From positions 15,092-79,091 of the forward strand of contig CALLPN010000009.1 in NCBI GenBank assembly GCA_938015435.1: 64,000 nt of DNA, given 5' to 3'. The notes beneath the pieces were generated by a model. That model saw only the letters and a program-made list of their open reading frames with translations. It was not told the origin of the DNA and searched no databases. Shown here in pieces: positions 60,664 through 64,000 of the stretch. Source of the DNA: an uncultured Saprospiraceae bacterium. Lineage in GTDB: Bacteria > Bacteroidota > Bacteroidia > Chitinophagales > Saprospiraceae. Within the stretch, counting starts at the first letter, position 1, and each line of letters opens with the position of its first letter. A program made the position numbers and the translations under genes.

Positions 60664-61110
60664 GGATTCTTGATATAAGTTTATATCACTTAGTTATAGA
60701 TTCTTTTGGACCATCAAGAACATTTTGTCTAAACCATCATGGTATTCTTTCGTGAATGTTCTTGATATGGGTCTATATCACTTAGTTATAGACTTTTTGG
60801 GGACCCTCAAGAACATTTTTGTCTAAACCATTATGGTATTCTTTCGTGAACGTTCTTGATATAAGTAATATCACTTAGTTATAGACTTTTTTGGACCATC
60901 AAGAACATTTTGTCTAAACCATCATGGTATTCTTCCTGAATGTTCTTGATATGGGTCTATATCACTTAGTTATAGACTTTTTGGGGACTATCAAGAACAT
61001 TTTGTCTAAACCATCATGGTATTCTTTCGTGAATGTTCTTGATATGGGTCTATATCACTTAGTTATAGACTTTTTGGGAACCCTCAAGAACATTTTGTCT
61101 AAACCATCAA
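60664..61110. repeat. Tandem hairpin-unit array A4 (five 90-94-bp units)
   Basis: GAA[T/C]GTTCTTGATAT occurs at 60754, 60848, 60938 and 61031, with a degenerate copy at 60664. The partner is ATCAAGAACATTTTG. A nested hairpin GTCTATA-TCACTTAGT-TATAGAC is present. The final unit overlaps the last 4 codons of the kinase gene. Confidence 0.95.
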
Positions 61111-61752
61111 ACTCACTCGGTGTACACCAGGACGATATTCCTTTTTAAGAAGATTAGTAATCTCCTGATAATGATCTTCGTTAGCAACGAAATCAATAGT
61201 ATTTAGATCGAGTATCAATACTGGGATTGAACTAATGTGTCTTAGGTACTCAAAATATGCATTCTGGATATTGAGAAGGTATTCAGCTTTGATATTTTTC
61301 TCGTATTCTCTCCCTCTTTTTTCTATACTCGCTAATAGCCAATCGACACTTCGGTGGATATATACCAGTATATCTGGCTTAGGAAAGCTTTTGCTCAGCG
61401 GTTCATACATCTTATGGAAAAGACGAAACTCTTCTTCAGGAAGATTCTTATTCGCAAACAACAAGGTCTTGACGAATGCATAATCTGATACCGTAAATTG
61501 GCGAAAAAGATCTTGATGCATTAGCGTACGTTGCATTTGCTTGTATCGCTCTGTCATAAAGAACAACTCCACTGTAAAGGCAAAACGCTCAGGATCATCA
61601 TAGAAATAAGGTAGAAATGGATTATCATCAAACTCTTCCAACATGAGTCTACAATTGTAGTCACGCTCTATCATATTGCATAGAGAAGTCTTACCAGAGC
61701 CGATATTGCCCTCGATGCAGATATAGTTATATGGAAAATCTGTGTCGTTCAA
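61099..61752 (-). CDS. Deoxynucleoside kinase
   Basis: P-loop ICIEGNIGSGKTSL and the dNK family pattern (ERS/DR-like motifs). Size 217 aa. Confidence 0.85.
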   Translation of the reverse strand: MNDTDFPYNYICIEGNIGSGKTSLCNMIERDYNCRLMLEEFDDNPFLPYFYDDPERFAFTVELFFMTERYKQMQRTLMHQDLFRQFTVSDYAFVKTLLFANKNLPEEEFRLFHKMYEPLSKSFPKPDILVYIHRSVDWLLASIEKRGREYEKNIKAEYLLNIQNAYFEYLRHISSIPVLILDLNTIDFVANEDHYQEITNLLKKEYRPGVHRVSLMV

Positions 61753-61759
61753 TTTCTTT

Positions 61760-62248
61760 TTATATCGTTGTATCTATTAGTATTACTTCGCACCTATCAT
61801 GGCATTCTACGTATAACTCGTCTATCGTTTTATTCAATGTAGGATGAAGCCACTCGCCAGCCAGCTCTATCATAGGCACCAAGACAAAATTACGGTCGGC
61901 CATGTGCTTATGAGGTATAGTTAATTTCTCATCACATATAACTTTGTCATCATATGTAATGATATCTAAATCAATGATTCGTTCTCCCCATTTTTCACTT
62001 CTCACTCTACCTAATTGATTTTCTATCTCGTTTACCAAGGCTAATAACCCGTAAGGATCGAGCTTAGTCTCGAAAGCCAATGCCATATTGTAGAAGTTAG
62101 GTTGATCTTGCTTACCCCAAGCTTCGGTCTCATACACATGAGATTGATCAAGTATAGTACCCTTACTTCCGAGCTTTCCTATCGCTAATTTGAGATTAGC
62201 GATCAAGTCACCCTGATTTGTACCTATGTGTATATGTGCTATGGCCAA
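61760..62248 (-). CDS. folK: 2-amino-4-hydroxy-6-hydroxymethyldihydropteridine diphosphokinase
   Basis: Motifs IGTNQGD, RVRSEKWGERIIDLDII and LTIPHKHMADRNFVLVP. The start is TTG at 62248. Confidence 0.9.
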   Translation of the reverse strand: MAIAHIHIGTNQGDLIANLKLAIGKLGSKGTILDQSHVYETEAWGKQDQPNFYNMALAFETKLDPYGLLALVNEIENQLGRVRSEKWGERIIDLDIITYDDKVICDEKLTIPHKHMADRNFVLVPMIELAGEWLHPTLNKTIDELYVECHDRCEVILIDTTI

Positions 62249-62443
62249 TTGCTATGATTAAATAGTTTTGCGAGAGACAAATGTAAGAAAGATATATATG
62301 AGAAAAGATGATTGGTTGGATGATTAATAATTTAATCGTGTTGTGGCAGGTAAATCGAGAAACAAGGCTTGAGTATTGGACGTACTCTATGGGTCGATAG
62401 CCCGTTCGTAGGTATTGTTTCACAGATTCCAATAAGATCCGAT

Positions 62444-63059
62444 ATAAGGAATATTTCTCCACAAGGTCGAAATCGTTGTTTGGGTCAATGTTATCCTTCG
62501 ACTCTTTCAGTCAGCTATGCCTCCTTCAATCGCTCAGGATGACATCTTAATAGCCGAGAATATTACATCTTCGTAAGAGAATTCTATCGTAATACTTTAT
62601 CTACTCCGAATGAGTGGTAATCTTCATCCTAAAAAAGTCATAATATTTTATCTGCCCAAAACGAGTGACAATGTCATCCTAAAAAAGTATCACGAGTCGT
62701 AATATTTTATCTCTCAAACCGAGTAGCAAGTGTAATCCTAAACAAGTATCACGAGTCATAATATTTTATCTACTCAAACCGAGTGGCAATGTCATCCTAA
62801 ACAAGTATCACGTGTCATAATCTTTTATCTGCCCAAAACGAGTGGCAATGTCATCCTGAGCGAGTTTCACGAGTCGTATCATTATTTCTCATCCAATTAG
62901 TGGCAATTGTCATCCTAAACAAGTATCACGAGTCGTATCATTATTTCTCATCCAATTAGTGGCAATTGTCATCCTGAGCGAGTTTCACGAGTCGAAGGAT
63001 CAATTGTATTACCCTAAATTAATTTCGAGTGACGAAAGGAACCGAGAAATATTCCTTAT
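62444..63059. repeat. Foldback element: nested inverted arms enclosing a 59-bp tandem array (~7 units)
   Basis: The outer inverted repeat ATAAGGAATATTTCTC (62444-62459) is perfect over 16 bp against 63044-63059. The inner arms are ATCCTTCGACTC...CGCTCAGGATGAC (62493-62543) against GTCATCCTGAGCG...GAGTCGAAGGATC (62968-63001). Units start at 62673, 62732, 62791, 62850, 62909 and 62968, an exact 59-bp period. Confidence 0.9.
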
Positions 63060-63082
63060 TTTAGTGAGCATTAGAACAGCCA

Positions 63083-63106
63083 GTCATTTATTAGCTAATA
63101 AATGAC
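63083..63106. promoter_or_regulatory. Perfect 11-bp inverted repeat 30 nt upstream of the GIY-YIG start
   Basis: GTCATTTATTA-GC-TAATAAATGAC. Confidence 0.3.
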
Positions 63107-63136
63107 AAGGATGCAATTACAAAAGGAACATATAAG

Positions 63137-63454
63137 ATGCACAAAATTCACAGGTATTGGATATACATAGTGTCGAGCTCTAACAAATCGACAATCTATA
63201 TTGGCGTGACCAACAATTTAAATAGAAGGCTAATGGAGCACTACAATTCACGAGGAACGCAAGAGTCTTACGCAGGAAAACACTACTGCTATAATTTGGT
63301 ATATTACGAAGAATTCTCAGATATCAATAAAGCAATTGCTAGAGAGAAACAATTAAAAAGATGGTCAAGAAAGAAGAAAAACTGGCTTATCGAAATGAAA
63401 AATCCTGATTGGCTATTCTATAACAATGAATTTACTTTCATCAAAGACACCTGA
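63137..63454 (+). CDS. GIY-YIG nuclease family protein (small stand-alone COG2827 type)
   Basis: YWIYIVSSSNKSTIYIGVTNNLNRRLMEH (GIY...YIG motifs) and the ...REKQLKRWSRKKK tail. Size 105 aa. Confidence 0.85.
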   Translation: MHKIHRYWIYIVSSSNKSTIYIGVTNNLNRRLMEHYNSRGTQESYAGKHYCYNLVYYEEFSDINKAIAREKQLKRWSRKKKNWLIEMKNPDWLFYNNEFTFIKDT

Positions 63455-63503
63455 CGAAACCTTCGTGTAAGCGATTACGAAACCTTGCTCATTCCAATTT
63501 TAT

Positions 63504-64000
63504 CTAAGCTGTCTGAATCTCAAATATCAACTGCTGCATAATCCCTAGTGGAGTTGCAGATTTCATTCCCATACCTTTAGAGTGGCGATCCGCTTTATGT
63601 ATACTGATGAACGCTTGCTTAATCTGAGCTGGACGGAAAGTTCTCGCTGCTACCCTATAATCTTTGACAAAAAATGGATTGACTCCGGTTTTACGAGCTA
63701 GATCTGCATCGCTTGCCTTTATGTTTTGCTGTGTAATAGCTACTTTGGTGAAATAACCGAATAGATTAGAAATGACCATGACCAATGGATTGGCTTTGGG
63801 ATTCTCCTCAAAATAGTAGATGATGCGCATGATCTTAGGGTAATCCCATATTGACAATGCTTTATTGAGTTCAAAAACATTGTAGTCTCTGCTGATACCG
63901 ACACCTTCCTGGACCAGTTTGGCAGTTATCTTTTCACCAGACTTAAGATTGATTTTCATTTTATCAATCTCATTGACAATCTTACTTAGATCTTGGCCTA
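63504..64000 (-). CDS. holA: DNA polymerase III subunit delta (HolA), N-terminal part outside window
   Basis: The frame stays open to the window edge. The C-terminal pattern (...NVFELNKAL...NPLVMVISNLFGYF...PFFVKDY...AFISIHKADRHSKG) is typical of Bacteroidota HolA. Confidence 0.7.
   Translation of the reverse strand, partial: GQDLSKIVNEIDKMKINLKSGEKITAKLVQEGVGISRDYNVFELNKALSIWDYPKIMRIIYYFEENPKANPLVMVISNLFGYFTKVAITQQNIKASDADLARKTGVNPFFVKDYRVAARTFRPAQIKQAFISIHKADRHSKGMGMKSATPLGIMQQLIFEIQTA

Noticed and set aside
62208-62462. 84-aa minus-strand ORF upstream of and overlapping folK
   Set aside because: It overlaps the folK N-terminus out of frame and runs into the foldback element arm. No recognisable motif; probably non-coding.
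1-64000. Known-type defence, toxin-antitoxin, prophage or integrative element content
   Set aside because: I scanned all ORFs and saw no restriction-modification, Abi, CBASS, retron, TA, integrase, transposase or phage structural signatures. The GIY-YIG and four-helix-bundle modules are the only mobile-looking pieces, and they are reported separately.

Overview
AT-rich Bacteroidota chromosomal segment, probably a marine Flavobacteriia or Cytophagia-like organism. This placement rests on T9SS components, TAnnTTTG promoter boxes and the glycan-locus style. About 50 protein genes are supported; I found no rRNA, tRNA, CRISPR array, transposase or integrase. Layout: (1) 1-12750, a co-directional beta-1,3-glucan (laminarin-type) utilisation cluster on the plus strand. 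It holds GH3, a 1162-aa cytoplasmic phosphorylase-like protein, a clan GH-A lipoprotein, GH17, GH30, a GPH/MFS transporter fused to a GH17 domain, and a stand-alone GH17 paralog, and it ends in a clean terminator. No SusC/SusD pair is inside the window. (2) 12.9-32.7 kb, mixed housekeeping and envelope genes: SulP, outer-membrane beta-barrels, a methyltransferase, a T9SS cargo protein, a heparinase II/III-like protein, GNATs, DinB, SDR, a TonB-dependent receptor and DUF554. (3) 32.8-35.7 kb, tonB-exbD-exbD-exbB. (4) 36.2-39.1 kb, a large type-B-CTD adhesin. (5) 40.5-42.8 kb, a two-component system. (6) 43.4-51.0 kb, sprA (T9SS translocon) followed by ruvA. (7) 52-64 kb: DoxX, CNNM, a decayed MscS pseudogene, S41 peptidase, LytTR, smpB, DPP-IV, deoxynucleoside kinase, folK, GIY-YIG and holA (partial). 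The most unusual signal is non-coding. Four tandem arrays of ~90-bp hairpin units share anchor motifs but have arms that covary between loci, and each array ends exactly on the stop codon of a minus-strand gene. There is also a foldback element with a 59-bp minisatellite beside the GIY-YIG gene, and an inverted-repeat-flanked four-helix-bundle gene cassette wedged against a histidine-kinase start codon. All functional calls rest on motif recognition by eye, since no searches could be run.
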